The position numbers were made by a program, and so were the translations under genes. Source: Nitrospirota bacterium (GTDB lineage Bacteria > Nitrospirota > Nitrospiria > 2-01-FULL-66-17). Taken from it: a DNA stretch of 64,000 bases. The number at the start of each line of letters is the position of its first letter. The first letter of the stretch is position 1. Location: positions 4,472 to 68,471 of the forward strand of contig JBFLXB010000017.1 of NCBI GenBank assembly GCA_040757335.1, read 5' to 3'. Of the stretch, positions 10,248 to 20,157 are shown piece by piece. The notes under the pieces were generated by a model. It saw only the letters and a program-made list of their open reading frames with translations. It was not told the origin of the DNA and ran no database searches.

Positions 10248-11204
10248 TCAAGATCTCCGATCGAGAATATACCGTGCCAGGGCTCGCAGCGGTTCGGCTG
10301 CGTCGTCGAATTGGGCGATCGCGTCGAGCGCGTCTTGGACCCATTGCTCGGCAATCCGGTGCGACGCGTGCGCCCCGATCACCGCGGGATACGCCCATTT
10401 CCGTTGGGCCCCGTCTTTGCGGGTGGCTTTGCCCATCTCCTGCGGGGTGGCGTCGACATCCAACAGATCGTCGGCGATCTGAAACGCCAACCCCACGCCG
10501 CTCCCGTACCGCGTGAGGGCGCTGAGCTGGCGGTCGTCGGCTCCCCCCAGGATGCCGCCGATGCGCACGGCCGCGCGGATCAACGCGCCGGTCTTCCGCG
10601 AGTGAATGCCGTCCAGCGTCGCGAGCGCGGCCGCGCGGCCGGCGTCGTCCGACGCGGTGCGCGCCGACGGGGGTTCGGTGCGGAGGTCCAACACCTGCCC
10701 GCCGACCAACCCGTCGGCCCCGCTCGCGGCTGCGAGCTCGGCCACCGCGGCCAACCGCGATTCGGCGGGGACATCGCCCTCGCACCGAGGATTGGCGAGC
10801 GCGCCGAACGCCAGCGCCTGTAGGACGTCGCCGGTCAGGATCGCGACGTCTTCGCCGTACACCCGATGGCTGGTGGGGCGGCCGCGCCGCAGGTCGTCGT
10901 TGTCCATGGCCGGGAGATCGTCGTGGATTAACGAGTAGGTGTGGATCAATTCCAACGAAACCACCAACGGCAGGATGCTTTGACTGTCGCCGCGCACCGC
11001 GTCGCACGCGGCCAGCGCGAGGATGGGTCGGATCCGTTTTCCCCCGCCCAACACGCTGTATTCGACGGCCTGGCGCAGCAGCGTCGGCGTTCCGTCCGAC
11101 CCGGGGAGGGCGTCCCGGAGCGCCTGTTCGACTTGGCTCCGCCGCTCCGCGAGATACGTGTCGAGCGGGGCTTTAGCGGCCGGTGCCGGCATCGTCCGCG
11201 TCAA
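10248..11204 (-). CDS. ispA: polyprenyl (farnesyl/geranylgeranyl) diphosphate synthase
   Basis: 318 aa with the first DDxxD motif [17 protein letters not shown] and the second, FQIADDLLD. Sits in the classical xseB-ispA-dxs arrangement. Confidence 0.9.
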   Translation of the reverse strand: MTRTMPAPAAKAPLDTYLAERRSQVEQALRDALPGSDGTPTLLRQAVEYSVLGGGKRIRPILALAACDAVRGDSQSILPLVVSLELIHTYSLIHDDLPAMDNDDLRRGRPTSHRVYGEDVAILTGDVLQALAFGALANPRCEGDVPAESRLAAVAELAAASGADGLVGGQVLDLRTEPPSARTASDDAGRAAALATLDGIHSRKTGALIRAAVRIGGILGGADDRQLSALTRYGSGVGLAFQIADDLLDVDATPQEMGKATRKDGAQRKWAYPAVIGAHASHRIAEQWVQDALDAIAQFDDAAEPLRALARYILDRRS

Positions 11205-11448
11205 CGTCCTCTTCGGTTGGAGCGGCGTCCGGCGCTGGAAAGGGCCGAACCTTCTTGCGTCCGTCGTTTCCCAATAAAATCTCCACCCGCCGGTCCGCCT
11301 CGTCCAGCAGTTTCAAACAACTCTTGGAGAGCTTGACCCCTTCTTCAAAGGCTTTGAGCGATTCGTCGAGCGACAGATCCCCCCGCTCCAAGGTCTGAAC
11401 GAGCGCTTCGAGGCGTCCCAGGGCTTCTTCGAACTTCAGCGCGGCCAT
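11173..11448 (-). CDS. xseB: exodeoxyribonuclease VII small subunit
   Basis: 91 aa containing FEEALGRLEALVQTLERGDLSLDESLKAFEEGVKLSKSCLKLLDEA. Confidence 0.85.
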   Translation of the reverse strand: MAALKFEEALGRLEALVQTLERGDLSLDESLKAFEEGVKLSKSCLKLLDEADRRVEILLGNDGRKKVRPFPAPDAAPTEEDVDADDAGTGR

Positions 11449-11497
11449 CGCGGCATTCCATGAAGAGCCAGCATCTTAACAACGGTGAAACGAGGGG

Positions 11498-12937
11498 TCA
11501 AGACGACGCGGGCGGCGGGGCGCCAGACTTCGAACGTCGCCGGCGCCGCCGGCGAGGCGTGGTCGGGGAATGGCCCGGACCCTGAGCCTGTGGAGCCGGG
11601 CGAGCCGATCCGCCACGCTCGCGATGGCTGGGGCCCGGACTCCGCCGCGGTCCTTCGCCCGACGGACGGGACCGTCGCGCCAGGGCGGTGACCGGCTCGA
11701 ACCAGTCGTCCTCGGCCCATTCCACCGGGATCTTGTGTCCGATGAAGGCCTCGATTGATTCGAGCGCCATCACGTATTCCTCGCACGCCAGCGAGATCGC
11801 CTTGCCCGCGGCGCCCGCCCGGGCCGTGCGGCCGATCCGGTGCACGTAGTCCTCGGGGTCCTGCGGGATGTCGTAGTTGACGACGATCGAAACGCCTTCG
11901 ATGTGCAGCCCGCGCGAGGCCACGTCGGTCGCGACCAGGATCTTGAGCTCTCCGCTCTTGAAGCGATCGAGGTACTTGAGCCGCTTGGGTTGGGGGATGT
12001 CGCCGGTGATCGCGCGGGCGCTGTACCCGTGGCGGTTGAGATGGTCCGCGAGTCGTTCCCCGATCTGCCGGGTGTTCACGAAGATGAGCACGCGCTCCCA
12101 GCGCTCGCGACGCAGCAGCCCCGACAAGAGCGAGAGCTTGCGGGCTCGCTCCACGTGGTAGAGGACCTCCTGGATCTTCTCAGCGGTGACGCGCTGCGGG
12201 GTAATCGAGACCTTCTCGGGATTGTTCATGTGCTCGTAACACAACTCCATCACCCGCATGGAGAGAGTGGCCGAGAAGAGCATCGATTGGCGTTTGTCAA
12301 AGGGCGGCATCCGCCGAAGCAGATAGCGGATGTCGGCGATAAACCCCATGTCGAACATCCGATCGGCCTCGTCAATGACAATGACCTCGGTGCGCCGCAG
12401 GTCATAGACCTTCTGTTTGAAATAATCGATCAGCCGTCCGGGCGTGCCCACCAAGAGGTCCACGCCGGCGCCGAGCGCGTCGCGTTGTTTGGTGTAGTCC
12501 ACCCCGCCGTAGACCGCCATCATCGACAGGCCGGTGCCGGAGCCGATCGCGCGCGCTTCCTGTTCGATCTGCACGGCCAGCTCACGGGTGGGCGCAACCA
12601 CCAGCGCTCTGGGGCTCGAACGCGCGCCTTTGGGCGGTGCCGGGTTGCGCAGCAACCGCGTGAAGACGCTGATCAGAAACGCCGCGGTCTTCCCGGTGCC
12701 GGTCTGGGCCTGGCCCGCCACGTCCCGGCCCGCGAGCGTGATGGGCAGCGTGCGTTCCTGGATCGGGGTGCAATGGGTGTAACCGAGGCGGTCCAGGCCG
12801 TGCAAGACCTCCGGTGGGATCGGTAACGAGCGAAACGTCGTCGAGGTCGTGAGGCGGAGGCCGGAAGGTTCTCCGGGAACACCCGGGGCCGGTTCCGCCC
12901 CGGGGACAGGCAAACTTTCAGTCACGGCGCGGATCAT
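11498..12937 (-). CDS. DEAD-box ATP-dependent RNA helicase (RhlE-like) with R-rich C-terminal tail
   Basis: Contains the Q-motif region FRSLPIPPEVLHGL..TPIQ, motif I AQTGTGKTAAF, VIDEAD and SAT. I placed the start at ATG 12937 (MIRAV) so that it does not overlap trmJ. Confidence 0.88.
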   Translation of the reverse strand: MIRAVTESLPVPGAEPAPGVPGEPSGLRLTTSTTFRSLPIPPEVLHGLDRLGYTHCTPIQERTLPITLAGRDVAGQAQTGTGKTAAFLISVFTRLLRNPAPPKGARSSPRALVVAPTRELAVQIEQEARAIGSGTGLSMMAVYGGVDYTKQRDALGAGVDLLVGTPGRLIDYFKQKVYDLRRTEVIVIDEADRMFDMGFIADIRYLLRRMPPFDKRQSMLFSATLSMRVMELCYEHMNNPEKVSITPQRVTAEKIQEVLYHVERARKLSLLSGLLRRERWERVLIFVNTRQIGERLADHLNRHGYSARAITGDIPQPKRLKYLDRFKSGELKILVATDVASRGLHIEGVSIVVNYDIPQDPEDYVHRIGRTARAGAAGKAISLACEEYVMALESIEAFIGHKIPVEWAEDDWFEPVTALARRSRPSGEGPRRSPGPSHRERGGSARPAPQAQGPGHSPTTPRRRRRRRSKSGAPPPASS

Positions 12938-12981
12938 ACCAAAGCGGTGGGCGGCTTCGCAAGACGAAGTTCCAGACGAGT

Positions 12982-13782
12982 TCAATCCGGGGACCCCTTC
13001 CGCGCCCGGCGGGTCGCCCACCGGATCTGCCGGAGGATACCGCGGAACACGCGGACCTCGCGCGGCGAGGGTTGGGCGCGGTTGATGAAACCGCGCAACT
13101 CGTGGAGCAAGCGGCGGCCTTGGGGCGGCTGGAGGAATCCGATGAAATGGAGGGTCTCGTCGAGATCGTCGGTGAGCCCGTCGAGCTCAGCGCCCGAGGC
13201 CAGCTCGGGCGCTGGCGCGGATGCAGGAGCCGTGGTGCGGGTGAGTTCGTAACACCCGAGGAGCACGGCCTGCGCGAGATTGAGCGAGGGCTGCGCGGGA
13301 TCGGTCGGCACCGCCACGAGTTGGTGGCACAGCGCCAATTCGTTGTTGGAAAGGCCCGAGCGTTCAGGGCCGAACACCAGCGCGGTGTCGTGCGCGTGCG
13401 CGCGTTCGACCAGCCCCGGAGCGGCGTCGGACAGCCAGACCGCGTCGGGTCGGTCGGGCCGGGTCATCCCGAACCCCGCGGCCCACTGCACGTCTTGGAG
13501 GGCCTCGCGCAGGTTGGCATGGAGGCGGGCGCCCTCGATCACGTCTCGCGCGCCGTACGCCATCTTCAACGCGTCGGCGGTGAGGTGGCCGCACTCCGGG
13601 GCCACCAGGTGCAGCTGCGAAAACCCCATGTTCTTGAGCGCGCGCGCCGCGGCCCCGACGTTGCCGGGGTGCTCGGGACGGACCAAGATCACGCGGAGAC
13701 GACGGCGCCAAGCGGCGTCCGCAGGCTCCGCCGCGGGCGTGACGCCGACATCCATAGTTGGAATGTGCAGGTCGTGATCCAT
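12982..13782 (-). CDS. trmJ: SpoU/TrmH-class tRNA 2'-O-methyltransferase (TrmJ-like)
   Basis: The C-terminal 267 aa of ORF 12982..14229 contain LRVILVRPEHPGNVGAAARALKNMGF and LNLAQAVLLGCYEL. Start at ATG 13780-13782 (MDHDL). The upstream part of the ORF is antisense to rpsB. Confidence 0.8.
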   Translation of the reverse strand: MDHDLHIPTMDVGVTPAAEPADAAWRRRLRVILVRPEHPGNVGAAARALKNMGFSQLHLVAPECGHLTADALKMAYGARDVIEGARLHANLREALQDVQWAAGFGMTRPDRPDAVWLSDAAPGLVERAHAHDTALVFGPERSGLSNNELALCHQLVAVPTDPAQPSLNLAQAVLLGCYELTRTTAPASAPAPELASGAELDGLTDDLDETLHFIGFLQPPQGRRLLHELRGFINRAQPSPREVRVFRGILRQIRWATRRARKGSPD

Positions 13783-13805
13783 CGCTGCTCGCGCGAGTAT
13801 ACGCC

Positions 13806-13834
13806 TTGCAAAAGGCACCCGTCTATGGTAAGAG
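13806..13834 (+). promoter_or_regulatory. putative promoter of the rpsB-tsf operon (TTGCAA-N17-TAAGAG)
   Basis: Seen at 13806-13811 and 13829-13834. It would give a ~125-nt leader, with the RBS AAGGAG 7 nt before the rpsB ATG. Confidence 0.3.
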
Positions 13835-13963
13835 ATGCCGTTCGCCGGAACGGGCGGCGGACCAACAATCACACACGCGCGTGGAGGGTGCTGGCGGTCC
13901 CGGACGCCGGGTCCAGCGACCCAGTGAAGCGCGCGGCGGATCAACCTACATAAGGAGCGGAGT

Positions 13964-14734
13964 ATGTCGGACGTGGGACTGAAAGAACTGCTGGAGGCCG
14001 GGGTGCACTTCGGCCACCAGACCAAGCGGTGGAACCCGAAGATGAAAAAGTACATCTTCGGGGAGCGCAACGGGGTGTACATTATCGACCTCCAGAAGAC
14101 GGTCAAAAAGTTCGGCGAGGCGTACGCCTTTGTCCGGGATACCGTGGCCGAGGGCGCGACCGTGCTGTTCGTGGGAACCAAACGACAGGCGCAGGACATC
14201 GTGGAGACCGAGGCCAGACGCTGCGGCATGTATTACGTCAACCAGCGGTGGTTGGGCGGGATGTTGACCAACTTCCAGACGCTGCGAAAAAGCGCCGACA
14301 AGCTCAAGAAGCTCGAGACGGCGAAGACCGACGGCAGCCTGGACCGCTTGACGAAGAAGGAGGCCGCGGGCATGGAGAAGGAACGCGCCCAGCTCGAGAA
14401 AATCTTGGGTGGGATCAAGACGATGACGGAGCTGCCCGGCATCGTGTTCCTGATCGACTGCAAGAAAGAAAACATCGCGGTGCGCGAGGCGAACCGTCTC
14501 GGCATCCCGGTGGTGGCGATTGTCGATACCAACTGCGATCCCGACGAGGTCGACTACGTGATTCCCGGCAACGACGACGCGATTCGAGGGATTAAATTGA
14601 TCACGGCGCGGGTGGCCGACGCGGTGATCGAGGGACGGCAGTTGTACGCCGCGAGAATCGAGGAACAGGCCAAGGCCACCGCGGTGTCCGCCGGCCGCGA
14701 AATGGCGGAGTTGGCCGCTGCCGAGGGACGGTAA
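13964..14734 (+). CDS. rpsB: 30S ribosomal protein S2
   Basis: 256 aa with [37 protein letters not shown]. Confidence 0.97.
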   Translation: MSDVGLKELLEAGVHFGHQTKRWNPKMKKYIFGERNGVYIIDLQKTVKKFGEAYAFVRDTVAEGATVLFVGTKRQAQDIVETEARRCGMYYVNQRWLGGMLTNFQTLRKSADKLKKLETAKTDGSLDRLTKKEAAGMEKERAQLEKILGGIKTMTELPGIVFLIDCKKENIAVREANRLGIPVVAIVDTNCDPDEVDYVIPGNDDAIRGIKLITARVADAVIEGRQLYAARIEEQAKATAVSAGREMAELAAAEGR

Positions 14735-14735
14735 C

Positions 14736-15353
14736 GTGGCGGCCGTGGACGCCGCGCTCGTCAAGCAGCTCCGCGAGCGGACGGGCGCCGGAATGATGGA
14801 CTGCAAACAGGCCTTGGAGCGCTACGCCGGGGACCTGGACAAGGCGGCGGAGTGGCTGCGCGAGCGTGGCGCGGCGGTGGCCGCCAAGAAAGCCGACCGC
14901 GCGGCCAGCGAAGGGATGATCGGCTCGTACGTGCACGCCGGGGGCAAAATTGGCGTGATGGTGGAGGTCAACTGCGAGACCGATTTTGTGGCCCGAAACC
15001 CCGAATTTCAAACCTTGGTCAGGGACCTCGCGATGCACATCGCGGGGACGCCGACCACCCCGCGCTACATTACCCGGAAAGAGATTCCCGAGAGCGTCCT
15101 GATCGAGGCCCGGGAGCGCTTTACCGAGGAGGCCCGTCAGACCGGGAAACCCGACAAGGTGATCGCTCAGATCGTTCAAGGCCGTCTGGACAAATTCAGC
15201 GCCGAAATTTCGTTGATGGAGCAACCGTTCGTCAAAGATCCCTCGCTGACGATCGACGCGCTGGTCACCGAGAAAATCGCCAAGATCGGCGAGCGAATCT
15301 CGGTACGGCGCTTCGTCCGCTATCGCCTGGGAGAGGATGACCGTCACGCATAG
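14736..15353 (+). CDS. tsf: translation elongation factor Ts (short form)
   Basis: 205 aa, GTG start, containing [20 protein letters not shown]. Confidence 0.93.
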   Translation: MAAVDAALVKQLRERTGAGMMDCKQALERYAGDLDKAAEWLRERGAAVAAKKADRAASEGMIGSYVHAGGKIGVMVEVNCETDFVARNPEFQTLVRDLAMHIAGTPTTPRYITRKEIPESVLIEARERFTEEARQTGKPDKVIAQIVQGRLDKFSAEISLMEQPFVKDPSLTIDALVTEKIAKIGERISVRRFVRYRLGEDDRHA

Positions 15354-15430
15354 CTCATCGGAGAACCGAGGCGCCAGGCGCGGCTGATGCGCCGTCCGCG
15401 GCGGGCTGGTCGCTGGTTCTCAGACACCTC

Positions 15431-16162
15431 GTGGCCGATCTCAAATATCGTCGAGTCCTGCTGAAGTTGAGCGGCGAAGTGCTCGCGGGCGAGCGAGGCT
15501 ACGGGATCGAGCCCGCCGTCGTGAGCGAAGTGGCCGACCAACTCCAAGAGGTCAACGCGCTGGGCGTGGAGCTGGCGATCGTGATCGGCGGCGGGAACAT
15601 CTTCCGGGGCCTGGCGGCCGCCGCCACCGGCATCGAACGATCGTCGGCCGATTACATGGGCATGCTGGCCACCGTGATGAACGCGCTGGCGCTGCAGAGC
15701 GTGCTCGAGAGCAAAGGCGTGGTGACGCGCGTCCAATCCGCGATCGAGATGCGGCAACTGGCGGAGCCGTACATCCGTCGACGGGCGATCCGCCACCTCG
15801 AAAAGAAGCGGGTCGTGATCCTCGCGTGCGGGACCGGCAACCCCTATTTTTCGACCGACACGGCGGCCGCGCTCCGCGCGATGGAAATCGGGGCCGAAGT
15901 GATTCTCAAAGGCACCAAGGTGGACGGCGTATACGATCGCGACCCCCTGAAGGACCGAAGCGCGACGATGTTCTCGCGACTCACTTTCTTCGATGTGATC
16001 GAGAAGGGTCTCGCGGTGATGGACAGCACCGCGGTGACCCTCTGCATGGAAAACCGTCTCCCGATCATCGTCTTCAACCTCAAGGAAAAGACCAACATCA
16101 AGCGAATCGTGTTGGGTGAAGCTCTGGGGACGGTGGTGGAGGGCGAACGGGTCCGTGGGTAG
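15431..16162 (+). CDS. pyrH: UMP kinase
   Basis: 243 aa with [15 protein letters not shown] and [11 protein letters not shown]. Confidence 0.95.
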   Translation: MADLKYRRVLLKLSGEVLAGERGYGIEPAVVSEVADQLQEVNALGVELAIVIGGGNIFRGLAAAATGIERSSADYMGMLATVMNALALQSVLESKGVVTRVQSAIEMRQLAEPYIRRRAIRHLEKKRVVILACGTGNPYFSTDTAAALRAMEIGAEVILKGTKVDGVYDRDPLKDRSATMFSRLTFFDVIEKGLAVMDSTAVTLCMENRLPIIVFNLKEKTNIKRIVLGEALGTVVEGERVRG

Positions 16163-16171
16163 GAGCAGGGC

Positions 16172-16723
16172 GTGGATGTGAAGCGAAAGGGCGCGGAGCG
16201 GATGGACCACGTGGTCGAGCACTTGCGTCGTGAGCTCGCCACCATCCGCACGGGGCGCGCCTCGCTCTCGCTCTTGGACAGCGTCCAGGTCGATTACTAC
16301 GGCACGTTGATGCCGCTCAAACAGGTCGCGAGTCTCGCCGTTCCCGAGAGCCGCCTGATCACGATCCAACCGTGGGAACCGGGGCAGATCCCCGAGATCG
16401 AAAAGGCGATTCAAGGCGCCAACCTCGGCCTCCAACCGTCCAACGACGGAAAGACGATTCGGCTGGCGATCCCGCCGCTCACCGAAGAGCGACGCAAGGA
16501 ATACGTAAAGGTCGCGCGTCGGATGGGCGAAGAGGCGAAGGTCGCGGTCCGCAACGTACGCCGGGACGTCAACGACGAGCTCAAGAAGGCCCAGAAAGCC
16601 GGCGAGCTGTCGGAGGACGCCCAACGTTCCGCCCAAGACGACATCCAGCGCCTCACCGATCAATACGTAACCCGAGTCGACGAGATTTTGGCCAAGAAAG
16701 AGGCCGAAATCCTGGAAGTGTAA
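16172..16723 (+). CDS. frr: ribosome recycling factor
   Basis: 183 aa with LRRELATIRTGRASLSLLDSVQVDYYG and PPLTEERRKEYVK. Confidence 0.95.
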   Translation: MDVKRKGAERMDHVVEHLRRELATIRTGRASLSLLDSVQVDYYGTLMPLKQVASLAVPESRLITIQPWEPGQIPEIEKAIQGANLGLQPSNDGKTIRLAIPPLTEERRKEYVKVARRMGEEAKVAVRNVRRDVNDELKKAQKAGELSEDAQRSAQDDIQRLTDQYVTRVDEILAKKEAEILEV

Positions 16724-16745
16724 CGGTCGCAGAGAGAGGGAGCTC

Positions 16746-17165
16746 ATGGCTGAACGCACCGGCTTCGTCAACACCTCGTTGATCCTCTATTTGTGCGCTG
16801 CGCTCGTCGTCATGGGGGCGATCGGCGCGTTTCCGGTCGCAGGATGGGCGGCGTTTGTGCCGTCCCAAGCCGCCATGTCGGCGCCCGCGTTCGATCGCGA
16901 GGCCGACATGGCGCGGTTGAAGACCCATCTGGAGCGCAAGGTGGTTGCCCAACGCCTGGCGGACTGGGGACTCGGGCCGCAGGACGTCGCCTCACGACTC
17001 GGACAACTCAGCGACGCGCAGATCCATCAAGCCGCGGTCCAGCTCGACAGCGTGCAGCCCGGCGGCGACAGCGGGCTGGGAGTGATCATCGGTCTGTTGG
17101 TGATTGCGATACTGGTCGTGGTGCTGCTTCAGCTCACAGGCCACCGGATTGTGATCACGAAGTAA
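16746..17165 (+). CDS. PA2779-family-like small membrane-anchored protein
   Basis: 139 aa with an N-terminal signal/TM, a central RLADWGLGPQDVASRLGQLSDAQIHQAAVQLDSVQPGGD and a C-terminal TM (VIIGLLVIAILVVVLL). From memory, this architecture matches the PA2779 family that pairs with PA2778-type peptidases. Confidence 0.55.
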   Translation: MAERTGFVNTSLILYLCAALVVMGAIGAFPVAGWAAFVPSQAAMSAPAFDREADMARLKTHLERKVVAQRLADWGLGPQDVASRLGQLSDAQIHQAAVQLDSVQPGGDSGLGVIIGLLVIAILVVVLLQLTGHRIVITK

Positions 17166-17192
17166 CCGGAGGTTACGGACACGCGTCGCGGC

Positions 17193-17807
17193 ATGCGCCG
17201 GAACAAGGGGGCGTGGCTCCAGTGGAAGACGGGCGGGGTAGTGATGGTCTTACTGTCGCTCGGCTGCGCGGGAGCCGAATCCCTCGCGGACCCCTCGGCC
17301 CGTGAAGCTCCCTCCGGACCCTCCGTTCATCGGATCCTCGGCGTTCCCTTTGTTCCGGGGGAGCCCGGGGCCTGCGGCCCCGCGGCGCTAGCGAGCGTGC
17401 TGGCTTTCGACGGCGATCCCGTGACCGTCGAGGAGATCCTCCGGACCGTCGGGGCCCCGTCCCTGGCGGGCGTGTTGCCGATGGACCTTGAGCGGTTCGC
17501 GGCCGGACGCCGCGCCGGGGTCCAGACGACGGCCGGATCACTGGCCTGGCTGCGTGAACGGGTCGCGAGCGATCATCCCGTTGTGGCGTTTCTCGACCTG
17601 GGAGTCGGTCCCGTGCGTCAAGGGCACTTTGTCGTGGTGGTGGGATACGACGACGAGGCCGAGCGGGTGGTCCTCTATTCCGGAAAGGACCCCGACGCGG
17701 CGATGTCCTACCGCCGCTTCACCGCCGCGTGGCGCCGAGCCGCCTTTTGGGCCCTCACGCTCGGAGGGCCGGCGGGCGACGACGGCAACCGGCTCTCCGC
17801 GTCATGA
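17193..17807 (+). CDS. C39-like (PA2778-family-like) cysteine peptidase lipoprotein
   Basis: 204 aa with lipobox LLSLGC, the catalytic-Cys context VPFVPGEPGACGPAALASVL and the His context QGHFVVVVGYDD. Confidence 0.65.
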   Translation: MRRNKGAWLQWKTGGVVMVLLSLGCAGAESLADPSAREAPSGPSVHRILGVPFVPGEPGACGPAALASVLAFDGDPVTVEEILRTVGAPSLAGVLPMDLERFAAGRRAGVQTTAGSLAWLRERVASDHPVVAFLDLGVGPVRQGHFVVVVGYDDEAERVVLYSGKDPDAAMSYRRFTAAWRRAAFWALTLGGPAGDDGNRLSAS

Positions 17808-18976
17808 GCACGGGTTCCCGTGGATCTCTCGTACATCCCCCGGGTTGGCTGACTGCGCTGATCGTGGCGTGGGCCATCGCCGCGTGGGGCTGTTCCACGG
17901 TTCGGTCGGTCCATGTGGTCACGCTTCGCGATCCGCTGAGCCCCAACGAGCACGTCGCGCTGGGCGTGGCGTACGAGCGCGAGGGCAAGCAAGATCTGGC
18001 CAAGCAGGAATACGAGAACGCGTTGCGCGCGCAGCCCGATCACGCGCAGGCGTTGGTGAACCTCGGGAACCTTGCCGCGCAGCGGGGAGCGTTTGACGAC
18101 GCGGAGGCCTGGTATCGGCGCGCGGTGCGCGTGGGGGGGAAAGAAGCGGCGCCGGGCGCCAACAACCTCGCGTGGCTGTACCTGACCCAGGACAAGCGGC
18201 TCGCCTCCGCGGAGTCGCTGGCGCGAAAGGCCATTGCGTGGGATCCCAAGCCCGAGTATGCCGACACGTTGGTCGACATCCTGATCAAGACCCGTAAACC
18301 CATCGAGGCCGGCCGGGCGATCGACGACGCCATCGCCCTGGCGGGCGACGATCCTCAACAGGCCGAGCAGGTTCGGACCATGTTCGCGGACGAGACGCAG
18401 GCGGTGGCCCATCTGGCGTTCGAACAGGGAAAAGCCAAGCTTGCGGCGGGAAAACCCGACGAGGCGGAACTCCTCCTTCGGGAGGCGATCCGACGGGACG
18501 GTGAACGGGCCACGGACTACCTGGTGCCCCTCGCCGAGGCGCTGTTGGCCTCGAATCGGCCGGACGACGCCGTGCGTATCATCGACCAGGGACAGTCGGC
18601 GGTGCCGCCGCTCGCCAATTTTTCCGAGAAGTCGCGGGTCCTCGCCCAAGCGGCGCACGCCCGAAGCAAGGTCCTGTTCCAGGACGGTCAGTTGGAGTCG
18701 GCCGAGGCGCTCGTGCGGGGCGCGCTTCGCTGGGATCCGTCTCGCGCCCCACACTACCTCGACACGTTGGCGCAGGTGCTGATCGCCCAGGACAAGCCGT
18801 ATGAGGCGGGCAAAGTGATCGATGAAGCCGATTCGCTCGTCCCCGTCGGCGACGTGGAACTCCGCGCCCGTCTGTTTGACCGCAAAGCCGAGCTCTTCAC
18901 CTCTCAGGGACTCACCGCCGAAGCCAAGGGTGCGGCGCAGCAGGCCGAGGCGATCCGGAAGGCCGCAACTCCGTGA
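17804..18976 (+). CDS. TPR-repeat lipoprotein
   Basis: ORF 17729..18976. Start at ATG 17804 (ATGA overlap with the peptidase stop). Has lipobox AAWGC and multiple TPR units (ALGVAYEREGKQDLAKQEYENALRAQPDHAQALVNLGNL...). Confidence 0.7.
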   Translation: MSTGSRGSLVHPPGWLTALIVAWAIAAWGCSTVRSVHVVTLRDPLSPNEHVALGVAYEREGKQDLAKQEYENALRAQPDHAQALVNLGNLAAQRGAFDDAEAWYRRAVRVGGKEAAPGANNLAWLYLTQDKRLASAESLARKAIAWDPKPEYADTLVDILIKTRKPIEAGRAIDDAIALAGDDPQQAEQVRTMFADETQAVAHLAFEQGKAKLAAGKPDEAELLLREAIRRDGERATDYLVPLAEALLASNRPDDAVRIIDQGQSAVPPLANFSEKSRVLAQAAHARSKVLFQDGQLESAEALVRGALRWDPSRAPHYLDTLAQVLIAQDKPYEAGKVIDEADSLVPVGDVELRARLFDRKAELFTSQGLTAEAKGAAQQAEAIRKAATP

Positions 18977-20157
18977 CGGCGGCCGTGGCCGCGCTGCGTC
19001 CCACCGTGGCTCACGTCGACCTTCGTGCGCTCCGCGACAATTTGAGGCAAGCCCGTCGCCTGGCGGGAGGACGCGAGATCATCGCGGTCGTGAAGGCCGA
19101 CGCGTACGGTCATGGCGCGGTGCCGGTGGCTCGCGCGCTGGCCCAGGACGGAGTGGCCCGGTTCGGCGTCGCGCTGGTGGAAGAGGGCCGCGCGCTTCGC
19201 GATGCCGGGGTGCAAGGCGAAGTCATCGTCTTGGGCGGGTTCACGGCGGACCAAGCGCCCGAACTCACGGAGCTTGGACTGTCGGCGACCGTCTTTCACC
19301 TCGATCACGCCGCGGCGCTCGACGCGGCGGCCCGGCGCGCCGGACGCGTCGTGCCGATCCACCTCAAAATCGATACCGGGATGGGCCGCCTGGGCTTTGC
19401 AGTGGCGGAGGCGGTTCGAGCGCTGTCGCGCCTTGCGGAGTGTTCTGGGCTTCGCGTCGAAGGACTGATGACCCATTTCGCGGACGCGGACTTGGCGGAC
19501 CCCGCGTACGCGCGAGAGCAGATCGCGCGATTTGACGCCGTCGCCGACGCGGCGCGGCGCGCCGGAGTGGGGGTGCCGATGCGGCATGCCGCAAACAGCG
19601 CGGCGTTGATCAAAGGCCCTGATGGCCTGGCCAATCCGACGAAGCACCCCAGTGACGGTCCCCTGTACGACGCGGTCCGCCCCGGAATCATGTTGTACGG
19701 GTGTCGGCCGGGACCCGACGTGGGCGGGGTGGAGTTGCGGCCGGTGCTCACGCTGGCGACCAGGGTGTTACTGCTCAAACGCGTGCCGGCGGACACGCCG
19801 ATCAGCTATGGCCGCACGTTCGTGACGCGACGCGAGAGCCTCATCGCGGTGCTCCCCATTGGGTACGCCGACGGCTACCCCCGGGCGTTGTCCAATCGCG
19901 GATCGGTCCTGGTTCGCGGCCGACGAGCGCCGGTGGTGGGTCGGGTCTGTATGGACCTCACGATGATCGACGTGACCGACGTGCCGGGCGCAGCCGAGGG
20001 TGACGACGTGGTGCTGATCGGCGCGCAACGCGACGCGGCGCTTCCCGCGGAGGAGGTGGCTGATGCGGCCGGCACCATCGCCTACGAACTGTTGTGTGGG
20101 ATCGGGCCGCGGGTGCCTCGTCGGTACGTGGACTTCGCGAACGCGGTGACGCCATGA
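18973..20157 (+). CDS. alr: alanine racemase
   Basis: 394 aa with the PLP motif VVKADAYGHG. GTGA overlap with the TPR gene stop. Confidence 0.92.
   Translation: MTAAVAALRPTVAHVDLRALRDNLRQARRLAGGREIIAVVKADAYGHGAVPVARALAQDGVARFGVALVEEGRALRDAGVQGEVIVLGGFTADQAPELTELGLSATVFHLDHAAALDAAARRAGRVVPIHLKIDTGMGRLGFAVAEAVRALSRLAECSGLRVEGLMTHFADADLADPAYAREQIARFDAVADAARRAGVGVPMRHAANSAALIKGPDGLANPTKHPSDGPLYDAVRPGIMLYGCRPGPDVGGVELRPVLTLATRVLLLKRVPADTPISYGRTFVTRRESLIAVLPIGYADGYPRALSNRGSVLVRGRRAPVVGRVCMDLTMIDVTDVPGAAEGDDVVLIGAQRDAALPAEEVADAAGTIAYELLCGIGPRVPRRYVDFANAVTP

Noticed and set aside
13783-14229. Upstream extension of the trmJ ORF to 14229
   Set aside because: It runs antisense through the rpsB start and promoter region. 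The SpoU-type domain begins after Met at 13782.
13946-16774. Long minus-strand ORFs (13946..14806, 14601..15347, 15344..16774) opposite rpsB-tsf-pyrH-frr
   Set aside because: The plus-strand genes are unambiguous. The antisense frames stay open only because of GC3 bias and have no recognisable motifs.
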